This document shows positions 39,302-48,332 of a stretch of 64,000 nt of DNA, in pieces. Each line of letters starts with the position of its first letter. Position 1 is the stretch's first letter. A program made the position numbers and the translations under genes. Below the pieces are notes generated by a model. The model saw only the letters and a program-made list of their open reading frames with translations, was not told the origin of the DNA and searched no databases. This stretch comes from an uncultured Gammaproteobacteria bacterium. GTDB taxonomy: Bacteria; Patescibacteriota; Patescibacteriia; UBA9934; GWF2-40-263. The stretch is from positions 15,948 through 79,947 of the forward strand of contig CAZIDX010000003.1 in assembly GCA_964538435.1 (NCBI GenBank). Direction: 5' to 3'.

Positions 39302-40981
39302 CTACGAGTGCTCGTTATCCTCCGAAGAAGCTCGCTCGAGCTCGGTCTTGTTCCATTCGGCCCGAGCTACCCAGACCCGACATTCCCACATGCGTTCGCA
39401 TTGGTTCAGTCGATGAAAGATGTTCTCAATGTCCACTGGCCCCTTCCCAGGAACCTTGACATCGATCATGTCGAGTTCGCATGAGATTCCCATCTCTGCC
39501 ATGGCACGCTCGAGCTCGACCTTGCGAACCCCCATCGCGATCATGCGTGCGGAAAGTTCCTCACACATGGCATCGAGCTCCTTGATCTTGTCCTGAGCCT
39601 GATCGAAGTAACGCTTAGCCATGAAGAACCAGTCACGCGCCTTTTCAGCTCGCTGCTTGGCCTCAAAATACCACAGCTGCTCATTCTGACGCTCCCCCTC
39701 ACGAAGAAGCTGCCGCGCGCGAGCGTAGAACTGCATTCCCAGTTCATGAAGCTGCCGCAGCTTTTGGTTAGCATGCCGCTTCTCTGCAGCATCCACGCAC
39801 CTCCGAGCAGCCACTGTGGCATCGAGAAGGACTGCGTACGCAGCACTTGCCTCCCGAAGCTTGTCAGCAGCATCTTGCTTGGCAGTCTCGAGCCCCTTGA
39901 CCTGCTTCCCAAGCCGCTCCACCAGAACCCGCAGATCCTGACAAGCCACCAAGACCTCAGGAAAAAGTGAAGCGCGCCCACCGATCATGTCGAGAACCTT
40001 GTCAGCCGCAGCCACAGCACGCTCCTGGGTCACACGTGGATCATGCATTGGATCCATCTTGATTCCCGCAGGAACTTCGATCGTGTCGTAGATCACATCT
40101 TCTTCTACGAGCTCTGCTGCGTGCAGAAGCTCGTCATAGCGCTCATTGTCGAGTCGCTCCACCTCAACGAGCTCTTCGAGTCGCTTCTCGAGCGCGATCG
40201 GATCCGTCGTGCGCAGCTCATCGAGCTCACGCCAAAACCGATCCTCGTTGGCATCCACACGCAGGAGCGGATGCGAGAACCACCTCAGTGAAATCCTCTT
40301 GCTCTGCGCATTATTGAACATCTCCATGGCCCACTGCCGTGAGTAGAGCTCGCGCACTGGTGTCTCAACCACACGAACAAGCTCTTGCACCCTCTTCCAC
40401 CGAGGACGCGCAAGGTTAAGCGCGTGCGAACTGCCAGAAACGAAAGTCTTTGGCCACACCGCAACACGAAATTCTTCCTTACTCATCAAAAGCTTCTTTG
40501 AACCAAGATGCTCGGTACCGAACACGAACTCCTCGTCCATCTTCCGAAAGGCACGCTGAAGCGAGCCTGGCTTCCACCATCGTGCTTGCTCTGCCAGGCC
40601 GCGACAATGCATGTGCAGCATCCGCATGCCTGCATTCGTGACAAGAACCCGATCGAGCACCTGAGCAGCCTGACGATATACCTCGCTGGTCTCCTTGCCT
40701 AGATCCGCAAGCAAATCTACACCTGCGCGTTCAGAGAACTCAGCCCTGTACACACTCGAAGCAAAGCGAACTTCGCTCTCACGCTTTTTCAGAAGACTCT
40801 CGAACTCTTGCTTGAGCTCAGAGAACCACTTGCGTCGCATGGAGATCAGCAATGCGCCAACCACTGCGAGCACAGAACCGATCATCATTGCAGCAACCCA
40901 GATCGCATCGATCTCGCCCGGATTGGTTGTTTGCGCCGCAGCAGGCGCGATTGCCATCATGGCAAGGATAAAGCTCGTCAT
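39302..40981 (-). CDS. Hypothetical membrane-anchored helical/coiled-coil protein
   Basis: Signal peptide + TM, long helical region; promoter TTGACA-N17-TAAGTT at 41041..41069. Confidence 0.75.
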   Translation of the reverse strand: MTSFILAMMAIAPAAAQTTNPGEIDAIWVAAMMIGSVLAVVGALLISMRRKWFSELKQEFESLLKKRESEVRFASSVYRAEFSERAGVDLLADLGKETSEVYRQAAQVLDRVLVTNAGMRMLHMHCRGLAEQARWWKPGSLQRAFRKMDEEFVFGTEHLGSKKLLMSKEEFRVAVWPKTFVSGSSHALNLARPRWKRVQELVRVVETPVRELYSRQWAMEMFNNAQSKRISLRWFSHPLLRVDANEDRFWRELDELRTTDPIALEKRLEELVEVERLDNERYDELLHAAELVEEDVIYDTIEVPAGIKMDPMHDPRVTQERAVAAADKVLDMIGGRASLFPEVLVACQDLRVLVERLGKQVKGLETAKQDAADKLREASAAYAVLLDATVAARRCVDAAEKRHANQKLRQLHELGMQFYARARQLLREGERQNEQLWYFEAKQRAEKARDWFFMAKRYFDQAQDKIKELDAMCEELSARMIAMGVRKVELERAMAEMGISCELDMIDVKVPGKGPVDIENIFHRLNQCERMWECRVWVARAEWNKTELERASSEDNEHS

Positions 40982-41094
40982 GGCTTTCTCACTCGGTTGA
41001 AGAGAACATTTCCTTGAGCACCAAAGTACTCCGGACCAAAAACTTAGCGTTTTAAGCCCTTTTTGTCAATTGAAAAGACGCCCTCGAAAGGACG

Positions 41095-42285
41095 TCAGTA
41101 GCGCCAGGAAGACCGACGCTTGGGCTCGTGGTTGTGCTGGTTCATCACGATCCAGACCGACAGGATCAGGCACCCAAGAGCACTGAGTGCATACGTTAGA
41201 ATGGTGACCCACAGAGGCGGCGAGACCTTCACAAGCGAGAAATCCTCGAACTCCTTACGCTCCCAGTCCTGCTCAACCTGCGAGATCATGTAGTCGACGT
41301 GACGAACCAACTCCAGGCGACCGTACTCATGTGCGTCATCCTCGATATTCCTCTTGAGATCCTCACGCTCGGTCCAGGAAACCACCCGAGACCAAGTCAC
41401 GTTCCCCTGCGAATCGACCCCGATCAGAGAGATGAGTTCGTTCTTGTTCCCACCGCTCAGATACTGCTCTTGCCAGTACCCAGCCTCCTCTGGCTGATTC
41501 CGAAACACCATCACGAACATCCGAACCTGGTGCTTGCGCCCAAGCTTGGCATTCGCCTCACTGAGCTTGAACTCAGCCATGTCCGCATCTGAGCCACTGA
41601 CTCCAAGCACTGACCTCTGCTTGTAGTTCTCGAGAATGGGCGGATAGTCGTAGAGACTGTACCGAGCCTTGACCTCGTCTGTGACCTCTTCCCACTTGAT
41701 CAGATCGTTCTTGCCTTGCACACGATTCTCGTACGCATGCTTGGTGGTGACCGGGACGAATGTCTCGGGATTCTTGTCCCACTGCACATAGTACCGATCA
41801 CCGTCGATCGTATGGAAGTCACGATCCAAATCGATGAACATGGGCTCCCCCCAGAGCTTCACCAACTCATCGAACTGCGCCTTGCTGATCGTGGTCTCGA
41901 TGCCATTGGAATCCGTGACAACCGAATGGACGGGGATATGCTTCACGTCGTACGGATGCTCATCGCCGATGTATTGCTGCGTTGTGCAGCTGTACGTTGA
42001 CCCATCCGCGTTGGTGCATGTCGACGCAACTGTGATGTACTCGGGGTGTTGGCACGGAACACGCTTGTTCCAGGCCTGGTTGTGGGCGCCAGAGACACCC
42101 CAACCGCCCCAGAACTCCCAATCCTGCACACTGACACGCTCAGACGTAAACTTGCCCAGCAGAATGATCGCGAGCACCGGAATGAACGGAAGCAAATACT
42201 CCCAGAACACGGTCCGACGCTGGTACTTGAGATACAGAATGAACGCGCAGGCGATCGGAACCGCAAGAGCTCCCCAAATCTCCAT
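41095..42285 (-). CDS. Hypothetical membrane protein with large extracytoplasmic loop
   Basis: 2 N-terminal TMs + 1 C-terminal TM; GGNKNE and SWTERE motifs; SD GGAGG; promoter TTGACA-N17-TAGGTT at 42332..42360. Confidence 0.8.
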   Translation of the reverse strand: MEIWGALAVPIACAFILYLKYQRRTVFWEYLLPFIPVLAIILLGKFTSERVSVQDWEFWGGWGVSGAHNQAWNKRVPCQHPEYITVASTCTNADGSTYSCTTQQYIGDEHPYDVKHIPVHSVVTDSNGIETTISKAQFDELVKLWGEPMFIDLDRDFHTIDGDRYYVQWDKNPETFVPVTTKHAYENRVQGKNDLIKWEEVTDEVKARYSLYDYPPILENYKQRSVLGVSGSDADMAEFKLSEANAKLGRKHQVRMFVMVFRNQPEEAGYWQEQYLSGGNKNELISLIGVDSQGNVTWSRVVSWTEREDLKRNIEDDAHEYGRLELVRHVDYMISQVEQDWERKEFEDFSLVKVSPPLWVTILTYALSALGCLILSVWIVMNQHNHEPKRRSSWRY

Positions 42286-42400
42286 GATTTCCTCCGGTTT
42301 GCTTTGCTCTCAGTAAAAAAGCCAAGAACAAAACCTATCAGCAGTTACTCATTTTGTCAAGATTTCCAACCAAAAAAACCTCACAATGTGAGATTTTTTT

Positions 42401-42822
42401 GGTGTCCCAGGAAATGTCTGTAAGCCGAATTTTGTCTGCCTGCACCGACTAGTGCAGGGAGATGGCAATCTATCTAGGCCCCCTATTGCTAAAGGGCTCG
42501 AGCGAGCTACCAAATTTGCTCTTACACCAGAGAGGGTTTACCACGCACCCATGTCACCACGGGGCGAAACACGTAGCCAAACCTGACCTCGTGTTACTTT
42601 TCACCTTTCATCCCACCGAAGTGGAATTAGTATAGTCTCTGTGGCACTTTCCCTAGGCTTTGATGCGGCTGGGAAGCGGAATTCCAACCCCTCAACGCGC
42701 ACCTTATACCTGGTCACCGTTAGTGACTCCCCTTTTCGCCCCGCTTTGCAGAGGGACGGGTGTTCGGACTTTCCTCGAACTCCACAAGGGAGCTCGTAGC
42801 CATCCAACATTCCTGAGACGCC
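42401..42822 (-). ncRNA. rnpB: RNase P RNA
   Basis: GAGGAAAGTCC, GAAAGTGCCACAG, GGTAAACC, ACAAAATTCGGCTTA; ends pair (P1); promoter at 42826..42854; terminator at ~42371..42401. Confidence 0.96.
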
Positions 42823-42903
42823 AAAAGCTTAACAGAAAAAACCCACTTTGTCAATCCCCACACCTCGCCGTCTCCCCTATTTCTCTGCTACAATACGATT
42901 ACT

Positions 42904-44316
42904 ATGAAACGATCAGAACTTGCATTCACACTTGGCCTCGTGCCAATGGATCTCCTTGCGCTTTTTGCGGCTGCAACAGCGGCATTCTACGCACGTTTTC
43001 ACCCAATATTTACCGAGATTCGTCCAATCATCTTTGACCTACGTATCGAAGGATACCTCAAAGTTGTCGTGCCCATGGTGATCCTGTTTATCATTGTGTT
43101 TGCACTCTCAGGCCTCTACACCACACAACGCAAAGCTATTGCAAAAGAACTCACACGAGTTGCTCTTGCCTGCTCTGCTTCCATGGCAATGGTATTTGCT
43201 GTCTCATTCTTCTCGCTTATTCTCTTTGAATCTCGATTCATTGCCTTGGCTGCCTGGGCATTCTCAATCATCTTTGTCTGCATCACCCGCCTCGTTGTGC
43301 GAGGTCTCCAGCGATCTCTGCTCAAGCTCGGAGTTGGTGTACGTCGCGTGGTCATCATCGGAGAAACACCAACAGCAGAAGCGTTAGTAGAAGAATTCAG
43401 AAACAAAAAACGTCTCGGTTTCCATGTTGTCACCCAATTCAAAACATTCAATAAAACCGTTGCGCAGCGTCTCACAAAAATGAAACGCGAAGACAAAGTC
43501 GATGAAATCCTTCTTGCTGACCCAGAACTCCCACGTAAAAAAACCATGGAGATCATCGCTTTCTCAGACACGGTACATCTAAACTTCCGTTTCAGCGCAG
43601 ACCTTTTCACAGCAGCAGTGGGCAGATCCATCATTCACACCTATGCAGGTGTCCCTGTGATCGAGGTGCAAAAAACCCCACTCGATGGCTGGGGAGCAAT
43701 CTACAAACGACTCTTTGATATTTTCGGTAGCCTCTTCCTGATCCTTATCACCTCACCGATCATGATCGCAACCGCAGTCGCAATCAAACTCGACTCAAAG
43801 GGACCAATCTTTTTCTCAAAACTCGACAACGGATCAAAAGCCGTGCGCGTAGGCCAAGGCGGACGCCTGTTTCACTACTTCAAGTTCAGGTCAATGCATC
43901 CCGGCACACACCAGCAGCGCTACAAAAAGCTTGCAAAGCAAGACGCTCGAAAAGGCACACCTCTTGTAAAAATCAAAAACGACCCACGCGTCACCGCTGT
44001 TGGAGGCTTTATCCGTATATTCTCCATTGACGAACTCCCAGAATTCTTCCTAGTCCTTATCGGAAAAATGTCACTTGTAGGTCCACGCCCCCACCTCCCA
44101 GAAGAAGTCCGCAAGTACAAAGACGAACACCGCAAAGTCCTCACCATAAAACCTGGTATCACAGGCATGGCACAAATCTCAGGACGAGCAGACCTAGACT
44201 TCGACGATGAAGTAAAACTCGACGTCTACTACATAGAACACTGGTCCCCCTGGCTAGACCTCTACATCCTACTCAAGACCCCCCTAGTAGTCCTCTTCCG
44301 AAAAGGAGCATACTAA
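42904..44316 (+). CDS. Polyprenyl-phosphate sugar phosphotransferase (WcaJ/WbaP family)
   Basis: KRLFD, KFRSM, DPRVT, IDELP, MSLVGPRP, KPGITGMAQ. Confidence 0.93.
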   Translation: MKRSELAFTLGLVPMDLLALFAAATAAFYARFHPIFTEIRPIIFDLRIEGYLKVVVPMVILFIIVFALSGLYTTQRKAIAKELTRVALACSASMAMVFAVSFFSLILFESRFIALAAWAFSIIFVCITRLVVRGLQRSLLKLGVGVRRVVIIGETPTAEALVEEFRNKKRLGFHVVTQFKTFNKTVAQRLTKMKREDKVDEILLADPELPRKKTMEIIAFSDTVHLNFRFSADLFTAAVGRSIIHTYAGVPVIEVQKTPLDGWGAIYKRLFDIFGSLFLILITSPIMIATAVAIKLDSKGPIFFSKLDNGSKAVRVGQGGRLFHYFKFRSMHPGTHQQRYKKLAKQDARKGTPLVKIKNDPRVTAVGGFIRIFSIDELPEFFLVLIGKMSLVGPRPHLPEEVRKYKDEHRKVLTIKPGITGMAQISGRADLDFDDEVKLDVYYIEHWSPWLDLYILLKTPLVVLFRKGAY

Positions 44317-44356
44317 AAAAGAAAAAATCGGCCACAGCCGATTTTTGATTTGCCCC

Positions 44357-44669
44357 CCTTCACACAAACAAGAGCGCAGCTGTGGTGTAAATAATTGACA
44401 CAAGGTGGTGGTGCCCCCTGCGATATCGGGCGCCCGGCTCCGCCCGCAGTTGCCCCTACCCCAACCAAGAGCGAAGCTGTGATGCTGAAATAAGTTTCTG
44501 AGGTGGTGGTCGTCTATACTGTGAGACGGCCCGGCTCCGCCCGCAAAAGCACCTTCACACAAACAAGAGCGCAGCTGTGGTGTAAATAATTGACACAAGG
44601 TGGTGGTGCCCCCTGCGATATCGGGCGCCCGGCTCCGCCTTGTGTCAATTATTTACACCACAGCAAGCG
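44357..44669 (+). repeat. Tandem of three hairpin-element copies (C, D, E)
   Basis: Cores at 44403, 44501 and 44598; 44357..44444 is identical to 44552..44639; only E keeps the right arm. Confidence 0.9.
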
Positions 44670-44730
44670 ACATTGACAAAACCCCATTTTTTGCCTATTA
44701 TTTCAAACCTTGTTAGGATTCTCATACAGT

Positions 44731-45825
44731 ATGAAACTAGCGCTTGTACACGACTATTTAATGCAAGACGGAGGTGCAGAAAAGGTGTTGGACGTATTCC
44801 AAGGACTATGGCCAGCAGCCCCAACCTACACCCTGTTTTTTGATCCAAAAAAAGTCCCAACCTTTGCCGGTCGGGATATTCGCACATCATTTTTACAACG
44901 CATCCCCTTTGCCATGCGCAAGTACCAGTGGCTCCTCACACTCATGCCACTTGCAACAGAACGCATGGATGTCATTCCTTACGATGTTGTCCTGTCTTCA
45001 ACCAGCGCATTTGCAAAAGGCATTATCACAAACGAGAACGCAATACACATCTGTTACTGTCACACCCCTACCCGCTACCTGTGGTCTGACACACATAGCT
45101 ACGTTGAGGAACTTCGCGTACCACGCCTTGTCAAAGCCATTCTCCCGCCAGTCCTTTCTCGACTGCGTATGTGGGACAAGCACGCCGCAGACCGCGTAGA
45201 TCTTTTCATTGCAAACTCACAGACCGTAAAAAACCGAATCAAAAAATACTACAGGCGCAACGCAACAGTCATCCACCCCCCCGTCGACACACACAGATTC
45301 TCAATCTCAAACAAACCAAAAGAATACTTCCTCACAGGAGGTCGTCTCGTCGCCTACAAACGCTATGACATGGTTGTGGAGGCCGCAAACAGAACAGGTA
45401 TCCCCCTCAAGATCTTTGGATCAGGACCGATCGAAAAAGACTTGCGAAAAATGGCAAAGTCGAACGTAGAATTTCTCGGTCGCGTAAGTGACAAAGAGCA
45501 AGCCAAACTCTACGCAAACGCAAAAGCCTTTATTCACCCTCAAGAAGAAGACTTTGGAATCACACCCGTTGAATCCATGGCAGCAGGCCGCCCGGTTATT
45601 GCCTACCGAAAAGGCGGCGCAACAGAGACTGTTCAAGAAGGACTCTCGGGTCAATTCATTGACGAACAATCCTGGGAAGAACTTGCAGATCACATGATTC
45701 GATTCGACGAAAAAGATTACTTCCCGCCCGCCATCAAAAACTACGCAGAAAAATTCTCTCGCAAACGCTTCGAGCAAGAAATGCGAGACTTTGTCTCAAA
45801 ACACTTCACAAACCACCGAGAGTAA
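44731..45825 (+). CDS. GT4 glycosyltransferase
   Basis: VHDYLMQDGGAEKV, YCHTPTRY, EEDFGITPVESMAAG. Confidence 0.93.
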   Translation: MKLALVHDYLMQDGGAEKVLDVFQGLWPAAPTYTLFFDPKKVPTFAGRDIRTSFLQRIPFAMRKYQWLLTLMPLATERMDVIPYDVVLSSTSAFAKGIITNENAIHICYCHTPTRYLWSDTHSYVEELRVPRLVKAILPPVLSRLRMWDKHAADRVDLFIANSQTVKNRIKKYYRRNATVIHPPVDTHRFSISNKPKEYFLTGGRLVAYKRYDMVVEAANRTGIPLKIFGSGPIEKDLRKMAKSNVEFLGRVSDKEQAKLYANAKAFIHPQEEDFGITPVESMAAGRPVIAYRKGGATETVQEGLSGQFIDEQSWEELADHMIRFDEKDYFPPAIKNYAEKFSRKRFEQEMRDFVSKHFTNHRE

Positions 45826-45918
45826 TCTGTTTATGTGAATACTTTGTGAGGTGGTGGTGCCCCCTGCGATATTGGGCGCCCGGCTCCGACGAATATAGTA
45901 TTTACATAAACAGATTAC
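45822..45918 (+). repeat. Hairpin element copy F
   Basis: GTAATCTGTTTATGTGAATACT-core-AGTATTTACATAAACAGATTAC. Confidence 0.88.
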
Positions 45919-45928
45919 GATCAATCCT

Positions 45929-47080
45929 ATGCGCATCCTGGTCGACATCAGACATTTAGCACATCCAAATCCTTCGGGCGTGGGAGAATACACCATCGAA
46001 CTTCTCCGCGCTCTTTTTCAGTTGGACACAAAAAACCACTACACCCTCTTTTCAACCGGTCGAAAAAAACCAGATCTCAACAAGCTTTTCCCAAACAAGA
46101 CAGATCGCGTTGAACACAAACATGTTTCAATCCCAAACAAACTTCTCAATGCCCGCATGTCTTCCTTGGGTCACCCAACCATCAACTGGTTAATAAAACA
46201 GGAAATTGACCTAATTTTCCTTCCAAATCTAAACATCGCTCCACTTCCACAAGGCATCCCTGTAGTCATGACAGCACATGACCTATCCTGGAAAATCTTC
46301 CCGGAATTTTTTTCAACAAAGATGCAAGCCTGGCACAAGGCAGCAAAACCAAAAGAGCTTTTCAGACGCGTCGACCATTTTTGTGTCCCATCAACTTGCA
46401 CCAAGCAAGACCTTAATCGACTCTTTAACATCGATCCCGACAGTATTCACGTAATCCCACACGGCGTACACCCACGCTACAACTCAGGTATGCAAGCCCG
46501 GGACCACGGCGTACGCTCTCGCTACAAACTCCCAAAACACTTTGCACTCTTTCTTGGAACACTCGAGCCACGCAAAAACATCGTCGCTCTCATCGAGGGA
46601 GTAAAAGAATATCGTGAAATGACCGGCGATGATCTACATCTTGTTCTTGCAGGAAAATGGGGATGGCGCTCACGAACTATCAAGAAACGTCTTTACAAAC
46701 GCGATGTAAAATCATGGGTGCATCTCGTTGGCTATGTAGAAAAAGAAAATCTTCCTGCCCTGATCAGATCTGCGCAGGTGCTTACCTGGCCATCCATATA
46801 CGAAGGGTTTGGGCTCCCAGTCCTGGAAGCTATGGCTTGCAAAACACCCGTGATCACAACAAACACATCCTCTCTTCCAGAACTTACAAAGGGAGCAGCT
46901 ATTCACATTGACCCTTACAACTCAACAGATATTGCCTGCGCGCTAAAAGGCCTCCTTGGCTCAACCTCGCTCTCAAACAAACTTTCAGAGCAAGGAGAAA
47001 AAGTTGCTCAAACCTACACATGGGAGCAATCAGCACTGCAGACACTCCGCGTTTTTGAAGAGGCAAAAGAAAAACGCTAA
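45929..47080 (+). CDS. GT4 glycosyltransferase (MtfB-like)
   Basis: GVGEY, TAHDL, GTLEPRKN, YEGFGLPVLEAMAC. Confidence 0.93.
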   Translation: MRILVDIRHLAHPNPSGVGEYTIELLRALFQLDTKNHYTLFSTGRKKPDLNKLFPNKTDRVEHKHVSIPNKLLNARMSSLGHPTINWLIKQEIDLIFLPNLNIAPLPQGIPVVMTAHDLSWKIFPEFFSTKMQAWHKAAKPKELFRRVDHFCVPSTCTKQDLNRLFNIDPDSIHVIPHGVHPRYNSGMQARDHGVRSRYKLPKHFALFLGTLEPRKNIVALIEGVKEYREMTGDDLHLVLAGKWGWRSRTIKKRLYKRDVKSWVHLVGYVEKENLPALIRSAQVLTWPSIYEGFGLPVLEAMACKTPVITTNTSSLPELTKGAAIHIDPYNSTDIACALKGLLGSTSLSNKLSEQGEKVAQTYTWEQSALQTLRVFEEAKEKR

Positions 47081-47192
47081 AAATAAAGACTTTTTTTGTG
47101 GATATCCTGGGGACCGAACCAGGATTTTTTGCTATAATTGCAGTAGAAAATCATTGTCAGACAATTGGGGTCATTGGCAATGAAACCTGAGT

Positions 47193-48332
47193 ATGAAGAT
47201 TGGCATCGATTCAAGGATGTACGGTCCAACAGTGGGGGGTGGCGGTCTTGGAAGATACGTCGAGCAGCTTGTGGGAAAGCTACACACACTCGATTCCAAG
47301 AACCGCTATGTTTTGTTTCTCAAAGAAGAAAACTTTGCCGCCCCTCCAAGTGACATTGACAAAGTCTTGGCTGATATTCACTGGTACGGCCTAGCCGAGC
47401 AGCTCAAGCTCCCAAAAATCATTGACGCTCAAAACCTAGACCTTGTTCACTTCCCCCATTGGAATGTCCCCATTGGCATCAAGACTCCATTTGTCGTAAC
47501 CATCCACGACTTAATTCTTCTTGAGCAACCACAATCCGCAAGGATCACAACACGGCACCCACTCATTTACAAAACAAAGTATCAATTGTTCAAGCGCGTA
47601 CTAAAACACGCGCTCACCGCATCAGAAAAAATCATTGCCGTCTCCAACTACACAAAACGATCGATTCAAGCATTCTTTCCAGAAATCCCATCTAGCAAAA
47701 TACAGGTTGTCTACGAAGGAATGACCGACCTAAGACCCGATCACTTCACATCAGAAAGCAACCGCTCAGAGCATCTCAAGCACATTCCTCCGCATGAACG
47801 CTACTTCCTCTACGTTGGAAATGCATACCCGCACAAAAATCTAGAATCGCTCCTACATGCATTCTCCTTCTTTCACAAACTTCACCCAGACATCCATCTC
47901 GTGCTTGCAGGCCGCTCTGATGTTTTCTACCAAAAACTTAAAAAAGAGCTGCAAGAAATCGATATTCCAGAATCCGTGGTCACATTCGTCATGAACCCAA
48001 GCGACCACGAACTCGCCCTGCTCTACCAGCACGCAACCGTTTACTTGTTCCCATCAAAATGCGAAGGATTTGGACTGCCACCACTTGAAGCCATGAGTTT
48101 TGGTGTGCCTGTCCTAGCCTCAAACACAAGCTGCCTCCCAGAAATCCTCGGACAAGCAGCGCTCTACTTCTCCCCTGACGACATCGAAGAGATGGTATGC
48201 GTCATGGAAAAAGTCATCAGCGACGACATGCTCCTGGATGAAATGTCTCGTCGTGGAAAAACACAAATCAAACAATATTCTTGGACCCAGATGGCCAAGG
48301 AAATCCAATCGATCTACGAATCCTGTGCCTAA
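47193..48332 (+). CDS. GT4 glycosyltransferase (MtfB-like)
   Basis: GLGRY, TIHDL, GNAYPHKN, EGFGLPPLEAM. Confidence 0.93.
   Translation: MKIGIDSRMYGPTVGGGGLGRYVEQLVGKLHTLDSKNRYVLFLKEENFAAPPSDIDKVLADIHWYGLAEQLKLPKIIDAQNLDLVHFPHWNVPIGIKTPFVVTIHDLILLEQPQSARITTRHPLIYKTKYQLFKRVLKHALTASEKIIAVSNYTKRSIQAFFPEIPSSKIQVVYEGMTDLRPDHFTSESNRSEHLKHIPPHERYFLYVGNAYPHKNLESLLHAFSFFHKLHPDIHLVLAGRSDVFYQKLKKELQEIDIPESVVTFVMNPSDHELALLYQHATVYLFPSKCEGFGLPPLEAMSFGVPVLASNTSCLPEILGQAALYFSPDDIEEMVCVMEKVISDDMLLDEMSRRGKTQIKQYSWTQMAKEIQSIYESCA

Noticed and set aside
42601-43037. ORFs overlapping 42.6-43.0 kb
   Set aside because: They overlap RNase P RNA and the start of the sugar transferase gene.
44357-44669. CRISPR array
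   Set aside because: The units are ~98 bp, the conserved core is itself variable, the first and third units are identical, the same element is dispersed elsewhere, and there are no cas genes.
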